The translations under genes were made by a program, and so were the position numbers. This document shows, piece by piece, positions 31,477-40,304 of a DNA stretch of 64,000 nt. Source of the stretch: an uncultured delta proteobacterium (lineage in GTDB: Bacteria; Desulfobacterota; Syntrophorhabdia; Syntrophorhabdales; WCHB1-27); assembly GCA_963810935.1 (NCBI GenBank), contig CAWEPK010000012.1, forward strand, positions 384,001 through 448,000. The letters run 5' to 3'. The stretch's first letter is position 1. Every line of letters begins with the position of its first letter. Under the pieces are notes generated by a model. The model ran no database searches. It was not told the origin of the DNA and saw only the letters and a list, made by a program, of their open reading frames with translations.

Positions 31477-32325
31477 CTACAGGCCCATGTACGCCGCCGG
31501 CGTCTCTGTCGCCGTCCGCATCACCGCCTTTGCATCGAACCCTGCCGCGATCAGGCGCGCCGCAGCATCGGCTACGGTCATCGACCCGCCGATGAGCCGC
31601 CCCCCTTTCATCGGCGCAGCTCCCTCTCCGCCCGGCGTAGTCACGCGCACCGAATCGGAGACTAGCATGAGGCGTCCGGGGCCCTTCATCCGGAAGAGTA
31701 TCTCCAACACCCTCGGATGTACGTGCGCAAGGTCGCCGATGAATTCGACGAAGACGTGCGGGTTGACGACGGCGAAGCCGGCAAGCCCCGGCTCTCTGTG
31801 GTGGAAGGAGCGCATGGCGTTAAACACATGGGTCACGCCCGATGCACCGGCATGGAAACCTGCTTCGGCCTCTGCGTAAGTCGCAGTGGAATGGCCCATG
31901 TTGACCCTGACGCCGCTTTCCGCCGCGAGCCTGATAAGCTGCCGCGCGCCGGGCAGCTCCGGGGCGACCGTGACTGTTCGCACGATGCGCTCGTAACCCT
32001 CGACGAGCATCTTCCAGGCAGCAGTGTCCGGCACGACGAACGAGGCGGGGTCGAGGGCGCCGCATGCGGCCGGGTTGAGGAAAGGCCCTTCCAGGTGGAC
32101 GCCCAGGAGCCTCGCGGCGCCGGGCAGGGCGGTGCGCTCCATTGCGGACGCGACCGCGGCCATCCGCTCGCGCATCATCGCTATGGGCGCGGCACAGAGG
32201 GATAGGACGATAGCGCCCGCGCCCGCCATCCCGTGCGCCTGGGCGATGGCGAGCATGGCGGCCGGGTCGGCGTCCTGCGTGTCGAAGCCGGCCAGTCCGT
32301 GCGTATGCAGGTCGATGATCTTCAT
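31477..32325 (-). CDS. nagA: N-acetylglucosamine-6-phosphate deacetylase
   Basis: IDLHTHG, HLEGPFL, APE, GHS, THVFNAM. Confidence 0.9.
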   Translation of the reverse strand: MKIIDLHTHGLAGFDTQDADPAAMLAIAQAHGMAGAGAIVLSLCAAPIAMMRERMAAVASAMERTALPGAARLLGVHLEGPFLNPAACGALDPASFVVPDTAAWKMLVEGYERIVRTVTVAPELPGARQLIRLAAESGVRVNMGHSTATYAEAEAGFHAGASGVTHVFNAMRSFHHREPGLAGFAVVNPHVFVEFIGDLAHVHPRVLEILFRMKGPGRLMLVSDSVRVTTPGGEGAAPMKGGRLIGGSMTVADAAARLIAAGFDAKAVMRTATETPAAYMGL

Positions 32326-32437
32326 AACTGCCCCCTTCTCGAAAGATAACATAATCGCATCGCGCGTTGAAGCAAATCATTAAGGTCCGTGATGCTTCTT
32401 TTTGACTTGGGGTCCGGTTCGTTATATCCTCCATCTT

Positions 32438-33154
32438 ATGGACGGCGAGATAGTGCGGCTCGGTAAGTGGGGCCGGGAAGGGGTCGAGGCACTGCTGCAT
32501 GACGCCTCCGCCATAGCCGATGCGGCGGCCAGGATCGATTTCATCTCCGCCGCATTTGCAGGCGTGCCTTATAGCGCAGGCACGTTGCCGGGTCCGCAGG
32601 ACGGGCCGGAGCATCTCGTTATCGATCTTTCGCAGGTCGATTGCTTCACATACATAGACTACGTGGAGGCCATGCGCCTTTCCGCCTCATACGACGCATT
32701 TGCGGCCAACCTGGCGCGCGTCAGGTACAAGAGGGGCAAAATCGCCTACGCTGCGAGGCGCCATTTCTTCACGGACTGGGCCTCTACGTCGCACGTGACC
32801 GACGTTACGGCCGCAATCGGCGGCAAGCACGCCAGGACGGAACTCAAGGTGCTCAACCGCAAGGCGGACGGCAGCTTGTTCGTGCCGGGCATACCCGAAA
32901 AGCGAAGGCGGGTCGCCTACATCCCCTCGCCCGCCGCAGGCTTAGAGGCGGCGGCCGGGCTGCGGACGGGCGATTACATAGGCATATACGCGGAAGATCC
33001 CGGACTCGACGTCACGCACACCGGCATTGCGGTCATTAAAGGGGGGAAGCCGATTTTCAGACACGCCTCGCAGGTCGAGGGCAAGGTGATCGACGTGCAC
33101 TTCATTTCCTACCTCGCCGCCAAACCCGGCATCATCGTCCTGCGGCCGCGATAA
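32438..33154 (+). CDS. DUF1460 / N-acetylmuramoyl-L-alanine amidase-like protein
   Basis: DCFTYIDYVEA, RRHFFTDW, GLDVTHTG, RHAS. Confidence 0.8.
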   Translation: MDGEIVRLGKWGREGVEALLHDASAIADAAARIDFISAAFAGVPYSAGTLPGPQDGPEHLVIDLSQVDCFTYIDYVEAMRLSASYDAFAANLARVRYKRGKIAYAARRHFFTDWASTSHVTDVTAAIGGKHARTELKVLNRKADGSLFVPGIPEKRRRVAYIPSPAAGLEAAAGLRTGDYIGIYAEDPGLDVTHTGIAVIKGGKPIFRHASQVEGKVIDVHFISYLAAKPGIIVLRPR

Positions 33155-33326
33155 CATATCCGCAATTACAGCAACTTAGCGTACACTCCTGCTCCACTGT
33201 CTCACCTGTGAACTCTATCTATTCAATTATACAGCAGTGCATCATCGTTGATAAGACGGGTGCTTTTCATTTCTTTCGGTTGTATAATTGATTTATATCG
33301 TCGTGCACATTACCGGAGGTGGGACA

Positions 33327-33779
33327 ATGAGACGGTTTCTGCTAATTACATTAATATTGACGGTCTGCGTCTCGGGCATCATGACCACCCCGTCCCGCTC
33401 CTTCGGGTACGGTGGATGGGCCGCAGGATGGTTCGTAGGCGGGCTGGCCGCCGGCGCTGCCCTGGGCTACGCAGCCAGCAGGCCCTATTACTACGATTAC
33501 TACCCGCCTGCGCCCGTTTACGTCTACCCGCCGCAGCCCGTTTACGCATACCCGCCGCCAACCTATGTCTATCCTCCGCCGCCATACGCGGCGCCCGCGC
33601 CAGTCCAGTCTTATATGTCGCAGCCGATGTCTTCCGCCGCCGTCCCGCCGCCGCCGCAGGCAGGGCCGCCCCAGCAGGCAGGAACAGCGTCTCAGAGCGG
33701 TGAATGGGTCACGGTCCCGGCGCAGGAAATAGGCGGGAAATGGGTGCCTGAGCACAAGGCATGGGCGCCCTCGCAATAA
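33327..33779 (+). CDS. Secreted Pro/Tyr-rich hypothetical protein
   Basis: Signal peptide, glycine-zipper-like segment, (PVYxYPP)n repeats, RBS GGAGG. Confidence 0.75.
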   Translation: MRRFLLITLILTVCVSGIMTTPSRSFGYGGWAAGWFVGGLAAGAALGYAASRPYYYDYYPPAPVYVYPPQPVYAYPPPTYVYPPPPYAAPAPVQSYMSQPMSSAAVPPPPQAGPPQQAGTASQSGEWVTVPAQEIGGKWVPEHKAWAPSQ

Positions 33780-33842
33780 TCATCTACCCCCGGCAAAGCC
33801 GGCGGTTTACCAGAATGAAATTATTGGGGCTCAGCGGTCCCT

Positions 33843-34313
33843 TCAATTGTAATTAGCGACTCTCCTGTCCATCGCGCCGGCGAGGATGTCGGACGCCTCG
33901 TCGAAGCGCTCTTCCGCAACGCACATCCAGAACAGCAGCCCGCCCTCCCCTATGCCGCTCTCGTAAAGCTCGGCAAGCTCTTCAGGCACGCCGGCCTGAG
34001 TCAGCGCGCCGGCCACGCTCGCCCCTTCCGCTTCCTGCGTAGAAGCGGCCGCATCCTGGGCTTCCGGGCCGGCTGCGCAGGTCTCGCCCACGCCGGGCAG
34101 GTCCAAAATTTTGCATTCCGACATAAGTACATCCATGCCGCTGACGCGGCCGTTTCCAGCGAGATGGGGCCTGCGGGCGCCTGCGCGCACCGCCGCCGCC
34201 TGGATTATTGCGTTCATCTCTTCCCGGTCGAATTCCCTGTCGACAAGCTCTTCCACGGCTGCGGCCGCTTGGTGGTAATCACCGAACAGGACAAAGATCG
34301 TTCGCATAGGCAC
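33843..34313 (-). CDS. General stress protein-like hypothetical protein
   Basis: A..AVEEL..F, LPGVG..AAGP, GVPEE.A..YE.G. Confidence 0.65.
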   Translation of the reverse strand: MPMRTIFVLFGDYHQAAAAVEELVDREFDREEMNAIIQAAAVRAGARRPHLAGNGRVSGMDVLMSECKILDLPGVGETCAAGPEAQDAAASTQEAEGASVAGALTQAGVPEELAELYESGIGEGGLLFWMCVAEERFDEASDILAGAMDRRVANYN

Positions 34314-34685
34314 CGCTCCTTTCCCCGTTCGCGGCCTGCTACGGCCGCCCCTTACCGCCCCTTTTTACGCACAGTTACCGGGGCTCAGCGCCCCCACCGC
34401 ATACACTCGCTTTACCCTGCTGCAAGCAGCAGAGTAATTAAATCGTGCCGATCTCTTCCGGCTGTCTCGCCGGATGAACCCCGACGCTCTTTCGGCGAAA
34501 ATCGCCGTCTCGTCTTCCCAACGCGCTTTTGAAAAGGCAAGCCGCAGGATGAGGATATTGAAGGGCTGTTAACTAAAGGGCCGGTCTTTTCGCGAACGCT
34601 CCACCTTCAATATAAGTCTTCTGCACTGCCTGTCAATGTCGGGCAAAAGAATGTTCGGGACGGGGAACGGGTGTGCGATGCGCGG

Positions 34686-35123
34686 CTATTTCGGGCGGTC
34701 GATACGCGGAGAGGGGCGGCTGCCGGTTTTTATGAATTCGCGGTAGTCGGCGATGATCTCGCGGTGGTCGAAGGCGAGGTCTTCGGGCAGGGAATCAGGG
34801 GAGTAGACGGCTGCGCCTTTGGCGTCGTCCGCGGCTTCCAGCATGCCCGCGCCGGTTCCGGTGTAGACGATGCTGACCGTCTGGCCCCTCGGGTCCCTCG
34901 ACGGCTTGCCGTAGATGTAGAGCAGCTCCCTGAGCGTCACATCAAGCGACGTCTCTTCGCGCGCCTCGCGGACTGCGGCGGTCTCAAGGGCCTCGCCCTC
35001 GTCGACGAAGCCGCCGGGCAGGGCGTAACCGAAGGGGGGGTTGCGACGCTCGATCAAAACGATGCCGCCTTGATACTCAATAATAACATCCACAGCGATG
35101 AGCGGAGTGACCGGACGTGGCAT
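34686..35123 (-). CDS. NUDIX hydrolase
   Basis: GGFVDEGEALETAAVREAREET Nudix box, RDPRG, AFDH. Confidence 0.92.
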   Translation of the reverse strand: MPRPVTPLIAVDVIIEYQGGIVLIERRNPPFGYALPGGFVDEGEALETAAVREAREETSLDVTLRELLYIYGKPSRDPRGQTVSIVYTGTGAGMLEAADDAKGAAVYSPDSLPEDLAFDHREIIADYREFIKTGSRPSPRIDRPK

Positions 35124-35175
35124 ATATATGAGTATAAGCCCATACGCCAGCCATTCTCAATAGATTGAGTATCGG

Positions 35176-35302
35176 GGGGCCGGGATCTTTTCGCGGCCTT
35201 CGCGCCGTTTTCTCGGCGCGCCTCCTCGACGTACTTCAACTGTACAGTCTCGTCGGGCGCCTTCGAAAAGCAACGCGAATTCCACGAAAACCTCCCGGCC
35301 CC
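35176..35302 (+). repeat. Palindromic interspersed repeat, copy E
   Basis: GGGGCCGGGATCTTTTCGCGG...CGTAC..GTAC...GAAAACCTCCCGGCCCC. Confidence 0.85.
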
Positions 35303-35480
35303 GACCCTGTAAGACCAAAATGACAATCCCTGACCGGAATCACCATTCTGCACCTAAAAAGGGGCCTGTTTCAATAATATTTTAAAATTCAATCGACAAG
35401 AATGTTGGCCTCGGATAGAATTCAAGAGGCCCTTTTCTTGGCTATTTTCGGTGTCTTTTTAATTGCACAGGGGAGCAATT

Positions 35481-36047
35481 ATGGCAGCAAAACGAATATT
35501 GACTGAGTCTGAAAAAACTAGGTTAGAATCATCCACGAAGAGATGGCTGGCGGAGTGCGAACGTTGGATGAGGCACTTCAAGGCGCTGCGGCCCGACCCA
35601 ATGGAACAAGGGTTTCCGTCCAATGTCGACAGTTTCTTAATCAGTGCTACCTATTTTATTGTCGCTGCGGGTTGCGTTTATTTACACTGTAAAAGTCTGC
35701 TTGAAGCCAAAACGGGTTCAAAACAAACGGCCGATAAGTGGCTTGCGGATCGTCTCAAAGAACGGCCTGTATTACAGGCCTTAGTCGATCGCCGCAACTG
35801 GATCAACCATGGAGCACTGTACAGAAACCCCAATTATACGCTAACGTTTGTCCAGGTGGAAGGCGTTGACAGAACGACGGCTGATCTTGTTTATGAGGCT
35901 GCCAAGAACAAAGGCTCCGTGATTTGGAACGCTGGCAATACCTTTTGCTGGATCGCAGAAGATGAGACTATTGAACATAGCGTTACTTACTGGCAGGAGA
36001 AAGTAGTATCTGAACTATCAGAGATGGTTAGGGATATTGAGCAATAA
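35481..36047 (+). CDS. Hypothetical protein (AT-richer)
   Basis: RBS GGGAG, RNWINH (Rx4H, HEPN-like). Confidence 0.65.
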   Translation: MAAKRILTESEKTRLESSTKRWLAECERWMRHFKALRPDPMEQGFPSNVDSFLISATYFIVAAGCVYLHCKSLLEAKTGSKQTADKWLADRLKERPVLQALVDRRNWINHGALYRNPNYTLTFVQVEGVDRTTADLVYEAAKNKGSVIWNAGNTFCWIAEDETIEHSVTYWQEKVVSELSEMVRDIEQ

Positions 36048-36223
36048 CTTGACTCCGATTCACAGATATTATCAGAGACTGTCATGGGGGATAGTAGGGG
36101 ACACGTCCCTGGCACACGCATCACAGCCGCCCGGAATCCGAATATTCGGTAGTGTCTCAGTTTGACGGATTGTTTTGTTGTTGATGAGTGAAGAAGGCTA
36201 CGGCCTATGTTATAATAAATATT

Positions 36224-36454
36224 ATGCCTAAAGGACCAAGGGGGCAGAAGAGACCCGCCGATGTCATAGGCAATGCCATAGTGGTTGCCAAGATTGCTAC
36301 CGGCGAGATTACTGAAGAAGCCAACGGCAAAGAGTATGCCCGCGAGGGTGGGCGGAAGGGCGGAGCACTCAGGGCTAAGAAACTATCTTCTGCCAGACGA
36401 AAAGAAATTGCTCAAAAAGCCGCCCAGGCCCGCTGGGGCAAGAAAGAAAATTAG
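36224..36454 (+). CDS. Small basic KGG-type protein, IS passenger
   Basis: MPKGPRGQKRPADV...GGRKGG..RA..LS..RR.EIAQKAA.ARW; extended -10 TGTTATAAT at 36208-36216. Confidence 0.8.
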   Translation: MPKGPRGQKRPADVIGNAIVVAKIATGEITEEANGKEYAREGGRKGGALRAKKLSSARRKEIAQKAAQARWGKKEN

Positions 36455-36599
36455 TCCCATTTCCCCGCATAAATAAACGATTTTTGCTTTCTGGAAAATT
36501 CTTAGGAAAAAAAGGACTTGCTTTTTACACTGCTTCTCATGCAGAATATATACAGTTCTGCTGTAGGGAGATAGAAAAGGTAAGGGAGGAGGTGGTTGA

Positions 36600-37205
36600 T
36601 TGCTAAACGAAGGTGACTTTACAAGGGTTATTGGGAAGTACTTCGAAGCGATTCAGGAGTGCATCGAGGCAGGGTTCAACCGCTGGTTTGCGGTACCCGC
36701 AGAGTTTAGGATCGCGGCGTCTCCACGTACAAGGGCAAATTTTATTCACGATTTCATTCGCGATGAAGCTCTGAGGCGTTTTTTGCATGTTCCAGAGATA
36801 GAGTTATTGGAAGTCCGGGGGCTGTTTTTGGTCAAGTTCGGGGAAGATGTATTATTGAGGTTCAAGAAGTTTGATAGGTATTTCCGTCCGCAAAATATCC
36901 CTACTGGTCAGACAAAATTGTTCTCACGGCAGGGAGTACAGGAATCCCTTTTTGGAGTTCCTTTTGCTACGAAGGTTATTGCCGGGTATCAAACGGATAA
37001 GGCACACGCTGAAATCCAATGGACGGGCATAACATGCCCCGAAGGAAAGCATCTACATTGGTACATTAACTTCGAAAAACCTTCCACCCAAGTTCTTCCT
37101 TTCCAGACTTATCAAGAAACAACACAAGAGTCTGGCCCCGTCGCAGAACCGAGGCCGAAGGAGAATTTGAAAAACAATGAGAAGAGAGGAGACAAAGAAA
37201 TTTAA
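36600..37205 (+). CDS. Putative toxin, RosmerTA RmrT-like partner of HTH-M78 peptidase
   Basis: LRFKKFD..NIPT.Q..GY motif pattern; overlaps the downstream peptidase gene; RBS GGAGGAGG. Confidence 0.6.
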   Translation: MLNEGDFTRVIGKYFEAIQECIEAGFNRWFAVPAEFRIAASPRTRANFIHDFIRDEALRRFLHVPEIELLEVRGLFLVKFGEDVLLRFKKFDRYFRPQNIPTGQTKLFSRQGVQESLFGVPFATKVIAGYQTDKAHAEIQWTGITCPEGKHLHWYINFEKPSTQVLPFQTYQETTQESGPVAEPRPKENLKNNEKRGDKEI

Positions 37206-38253
37206 TCCAGACATGCTGATCATGGCGCGCAAATCAAGGGGGTTAACACAAAGCGATTTAGCAACTGCTCTTGCAATGACTTCATCTCACCTATCTAAAG
37301 TTGAGGGTGGGATGACACCTTTTCCAGAATCGAAACTGGACGAATTATCGAATGCGCTCAAGTATCAGGAAGATTTCTTTTACAGGGGGGAAAGGTTCTT
37401 GGGGATAGGTCCGGCGTTTGTGTACCATAGAATGCGGCAAAGTGTTTCAAGCAAGCTAATAGAGAAGATCGAAGCACAGGTGAACGTCTACCGTATACAC
37501 ATTGAGAGGCTTCTCCGTTCCGTAGAAATCGCGGAATGCAAAATCCCTTCTTACGATTTGGATGAACTGGGGAACAATGCGACACCGGAAGACGTTGCAC
37601 GTAACATTCGTGCCTCTTGGTTTATTCCGAGTGGTCCGATAATGGACCTTGCCCAAGTCATAGAAGCTGCGGGCGGAATTGTCATTCCATATGACTTCGG
37701 TACGATGCAGATTGACGGTGTGAGCCAACGTGTTCGGCCACTTCCGCCTTTGTTCTTCATAAACAAGAATATTCCTGGCGATAGGTGGCGGTTTTCGCTG
37801 GCCCACGAACTCGGCCACATAATTCTTCACGATAGTCCACGTCACGATATGGAAAAAGAGGCTAACCGCTTTGCGGGTGAGTTTTTAATGCCCGCATGTG
37901 ACATCGGACCGTCCGTGTGTTCACTCGGCTTCGGTAAGTTATTCGATCTCAAAATGTATTGGAAATGTTCGATGCAAGCGATCATCAAACGGGCCAAAGA
38001 CATGCAAACGATATCGGAACGGACTGCGTACTATCTTTTCGCCCAACTATCTAAGGCAGGGTATAGGACCAAAGAGCCGGGCGAATTTCCACGAGAGCAA
38101 CCTACGTTATTGTCAAAGATTATTGAGGTATATCTGAACAAGCTTGGATATACAGCAGAGGAAATGTGTAACCTGTTGGCGATTTACTCCGGGGATTTTA
38201 ATACGCTTTATGCCGATACCTCAGAGAAGCGTCATTTGAGGCTGGCAGACTAA
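37177..38253 (+). CDS. XRE HTH + ImmA/IrrE (M78) Zn-metallopeptidase, RmrA-like antitoxin
   Basis: ARKSRGLTQSDLA HTH; RFSLAHELGH (HExxH); EKEANRFAGEFLMP. Confidence 0.9.
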   Translation: MRREETKKFNPDMLIMARKSRGLTQSDLATALAMTSSHLSKVEGGMTPFPESKLDELSNALKYQEDFFYRGERFLGIGPAFVYHRMRQSVSSKLIEKIEAQVNVYRIHIERLLRSVEIAECKIPSYDLDELGNNATPEDVARNIRASWFIPSGPIMDLAQVIEAAGGIVIPYDFGTMQIDGVSQRVRPLPPLFFINKNIPGDRWRFSLAHELGHIILHDSPRHDMEKEANRFAGEFLMPACDIGPSVCSLGFGKLFDLKMYWKCSMQAIIKRAKDMQTISERTAYYLFAQLSKAGYRTKEPGEFPREQPTLLSKIIEVYLNKLGYTAEEMCNLLAIYSGDFNTLYADTSEKRHLRLAD

Positions 38254-38323
38254 GGGGGCACTTATGTAAAAAAATAGGGGTAAACGACCCGGTACCCAAC
38301 CATCGCGTTTACCCCTGACCAAT

Positions 38324-38397
38324 ACCCCTGTAGCTCAAACGGACAGAGCGGCTCCCTCGAAAGACGCTGGCTCCGGGTTCGAGCCCCGGCAGGGGTA
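38324..38397 (+). ncRNA. tRNA-like RNA with mismatched anticodon stem inside the IS
   Basis: Acceptor ACCCCTG/CAGGGGT, D arm GCTC/GAGC, T arm CCGGG-TTCGAGC-CCCGG; anticodon stem GCTCC/GACGC has 2 mismatches; loop CTCGAAA; no encoded CCA. Confidence 0.75.
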
Positions 38398-38458
38398 CTC
38401 CTATATTCTATACATATTTCTCGTGAAAAAAAAGTTTTTCTTAACCTGAAAATTATGC

Positions 38459-38487
38459 TTGACACATAAGCATAAATTTCATATAAT
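38459..38487 (+). promoter_or_regulatory. Consensus sigma70 promoter of the transposase with overlapping palindrome
   Basis: TTGACA-N17-TATAAT; TTATGCTT-N7-AAGCATAA spans the -35. Confidence 0.85.
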
Positions 38488-38493
38488 AAGAAC

Positions 38494-39330
38494 ATGCACA
38501 AGCTGCCCATATCAAAGCGAGTCCAAATCCTTCAGATGCTTTGTGAAGGCGCTTCCATGCGGTCTATCTCCAGAGTCGCGGACGTATCCATAAACACGGT
38601 AACCAAGCTGCTTGTGGATGCCGGTAAAGCCTGCTCGGACTATCAGGACAAGGCCCTCCGTAACCTGCCCTGCAAGCGAATCCAGGCCGACGAAATTTGG
38701 TCGTTCTGCTATGCCAAGGAAAAGAACGTCCCCGACGACAAAAAGGGCTGGTTCGGTTATGGCGGTGTCTGGACCTGGACGGCGATAGATGCTGACAGCA
38801 AACTTATCGTTTCATGGCTGGTAGCCGACCGGGGGGCAAGGGCAGCGATGGAGTTCATAAGCGATCTGGCCGAGAGGCTTCAGAACAAGATGCAGCTTAC
38901 CACGGACGGCCACAAGGTCTATTTGAACGCGGTAGAAAGAACCTTCGGCGGCGAGATAGATTATGCGATGCTCCAGAAAATCTATGGGACGGAACCGGAA
39001 GGCGAAAAGAGATACAGCCCTGCGAAGTGCTTAGGGGCAGACAAGTCGATCATCTGTGGACGGCCCGACGAAGAGCACATATCAACAAGCTACGTCGAGC
39101 GGCATAATCTCACCATGAGGATGAACATGAGTCGGTTTACTCGCCTGACGAACGGATTTTCTAAGAAGGTCGAGAATCATTGTCATGCCCTCGCCCTCTG
39201 CTTCATGGCTTACAACTTTGTGCGGATTCACAAGACCTTGAGAGTAACCCCCGCGATGGCCGCCGGAGTGACGGACAGACTGTGGACGATGGAGGATATA
39301 GTAAATTTGATCGATGAGAATTCAAACTGA
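38494..39330 (+). CDS. IS1-family DDE transposase
   Basis: N-terminal HTH ([10 protein letters not shown]), [41 protein letters not shown]; stop codon lies in the right IR. Confidence 0.93.
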   Translation: MHKLPISKRVQILQMLCEGASMRSISRVADVSINTVTKLLVDAGKACSDYQDKALRNLPCKRIQADEIWSFCYAKEKNVPDDKKGWFGYGGVWTWTAIDADSKLIVSWLVADRGARAAMEFISDLAERLQNKMQLTTDGHKVYLNAVERTFGGEIDYAMLQKIYGTEPEGEKRYSPAKCLGADKSIICGRPDEEHISTSYVERHNLTMRMNMSRFTRLTNGFSKKVENHCHALALCFMAYNFVRIHKTLRVTPAMAAGVTDRLWTMEDIVNLIDENSN

Positions 39331-39394
39331 GACACTACCGAATATTCTTGCATAACGCCCCACAGTCATATGAAAATGAATGTTGAGTGCCGGG

Positions 39395-40276
39395 ATGAAA
39401 AAAAGAGACCGTATCGACCTGATAGGTTTTCTGATACTCGTCGGCTGCACGCTGCTGTGGGGGCTCAACTACCCGGTGGTGAAGGTGACGAATACGGGCC
39501 TGTCGCCTGTCTTCAACTCTCTGATGCGGTCCGTCATAGCGTCTATCTGCGGCATCGGCTACTGCATCTATATCAAGCAGCCACTCTTTCACAGGGACAT
39601 CAGGCTCTTCCACGGCTTCATCGTCGGCCTCCTTTTCGGCCTGGAGTTCATCTGCGTCTACGTCAGCCTCATTTACACGGACGCGGCCCGTAGCGTCATA
39701 TTCGTCAACCTGTCTCCGTTCGTGGTCGCTATCGGGGCCTACTTCGTGGTGAGGGAGAAGCTGGGGACGTGGCAGATAGCCGGGCTGGTCCTCGCATTTG
39801 CCGGGGCATATTTAGTGCTGCAAGGCAAGCCGCGCTCGTGGACCCCCGCGATGCTGAAGGGCGACCTGCTCGCCATCGCCGGGGCCGTCTTCTGGGGCGC
39901 GACAACGGTCTATATCAAGAAATATCTCGCCGACCGCGTGCACCCGATCCATACGTTCCTCTACCAGCTCGTCTTCTCCGTGCCCATAATCTTCGCGGCA
40001 GCCGTAGTCATGGAACCCAGGTGGATCATCGGGCTGACGCCTGCTATCGTAGGAGGCGTCTTCTATTCGTCGGTCATCGTCGCCTTTGCGTCGTATTTGC
40101 TCTGGTTCGAGCTGATACACGCATATCCGATAACGAAGCTCTCGGTCTTCACGTTCCTGATGCCCGTCTTCGGCACTGCGGCGAGCGGCGTATTCCTCGG
40201 CGAGCAGATGACCGCGGGATTGGTGATCGGCTTATGCTTTGTCTGCGCGGGTATCTACGCGACGAACCACAGGTAA
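39395..40276 (+). CDS. DMT/EamA family transporter
   Basis: About 10 TM segments, LWGLN, GDLL, PVFG..LGE. Confidence 0.9.
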   Translation: MKKRDRIDLIGFLILVGCTLLWGLNYPVVKVTNTGLSPVFNSLMRSVIASICGIGYCIYIKQPLFHRDIRLFHGFIVGLLFGLEFICVYVSLIYTDAARSVIFVNLSPFVVAIGAYFVVREKLGTWQIAGLVLAFAGAYLVLQGKPRSWTPAMLKGDLLAIAGAVFWGATTVYIKKYLADRVHPIHTFLYQLVFSVPIIFAAAVVMEPRWIIGLTPAIVGGVFYSSVIVAFASYLLWFELIHAYPITKLSVFTFLMPVFGTAASGVFLGEQMTAGLVIGLCFVCAGIYATNHR

Positions 40277-40304
40277 TAATTTTTGTTGATTAAGGCCGCC
40301 TAAG

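Larger units (their letters stand above)
36148..39339 (+). mobile_element. IS1-family (ISMhu11-like) element with passenger genes
   Basis: IR GGTAGTGTCTCAGTTTGA at 36148-36165 and its exact reverse complement at 39322-39339; GAATATTC on both flanks (36140-36147, 39340-39347). Confidence 0.93.

Noticed and set aside
35357..35437. MITE defined by AAAAGGGGCCT/AGGCCCTTTT
   Set aside because: Short imperfect IR, single copy, no clear target duplication
38324..38397. Functional tRNA-Ser(CGA) or tRNA-Arg(TCG)
   Set aside because: Anticodon stem is mismatched, there is no long variable arm for Ser, and the Arg register would lack U33
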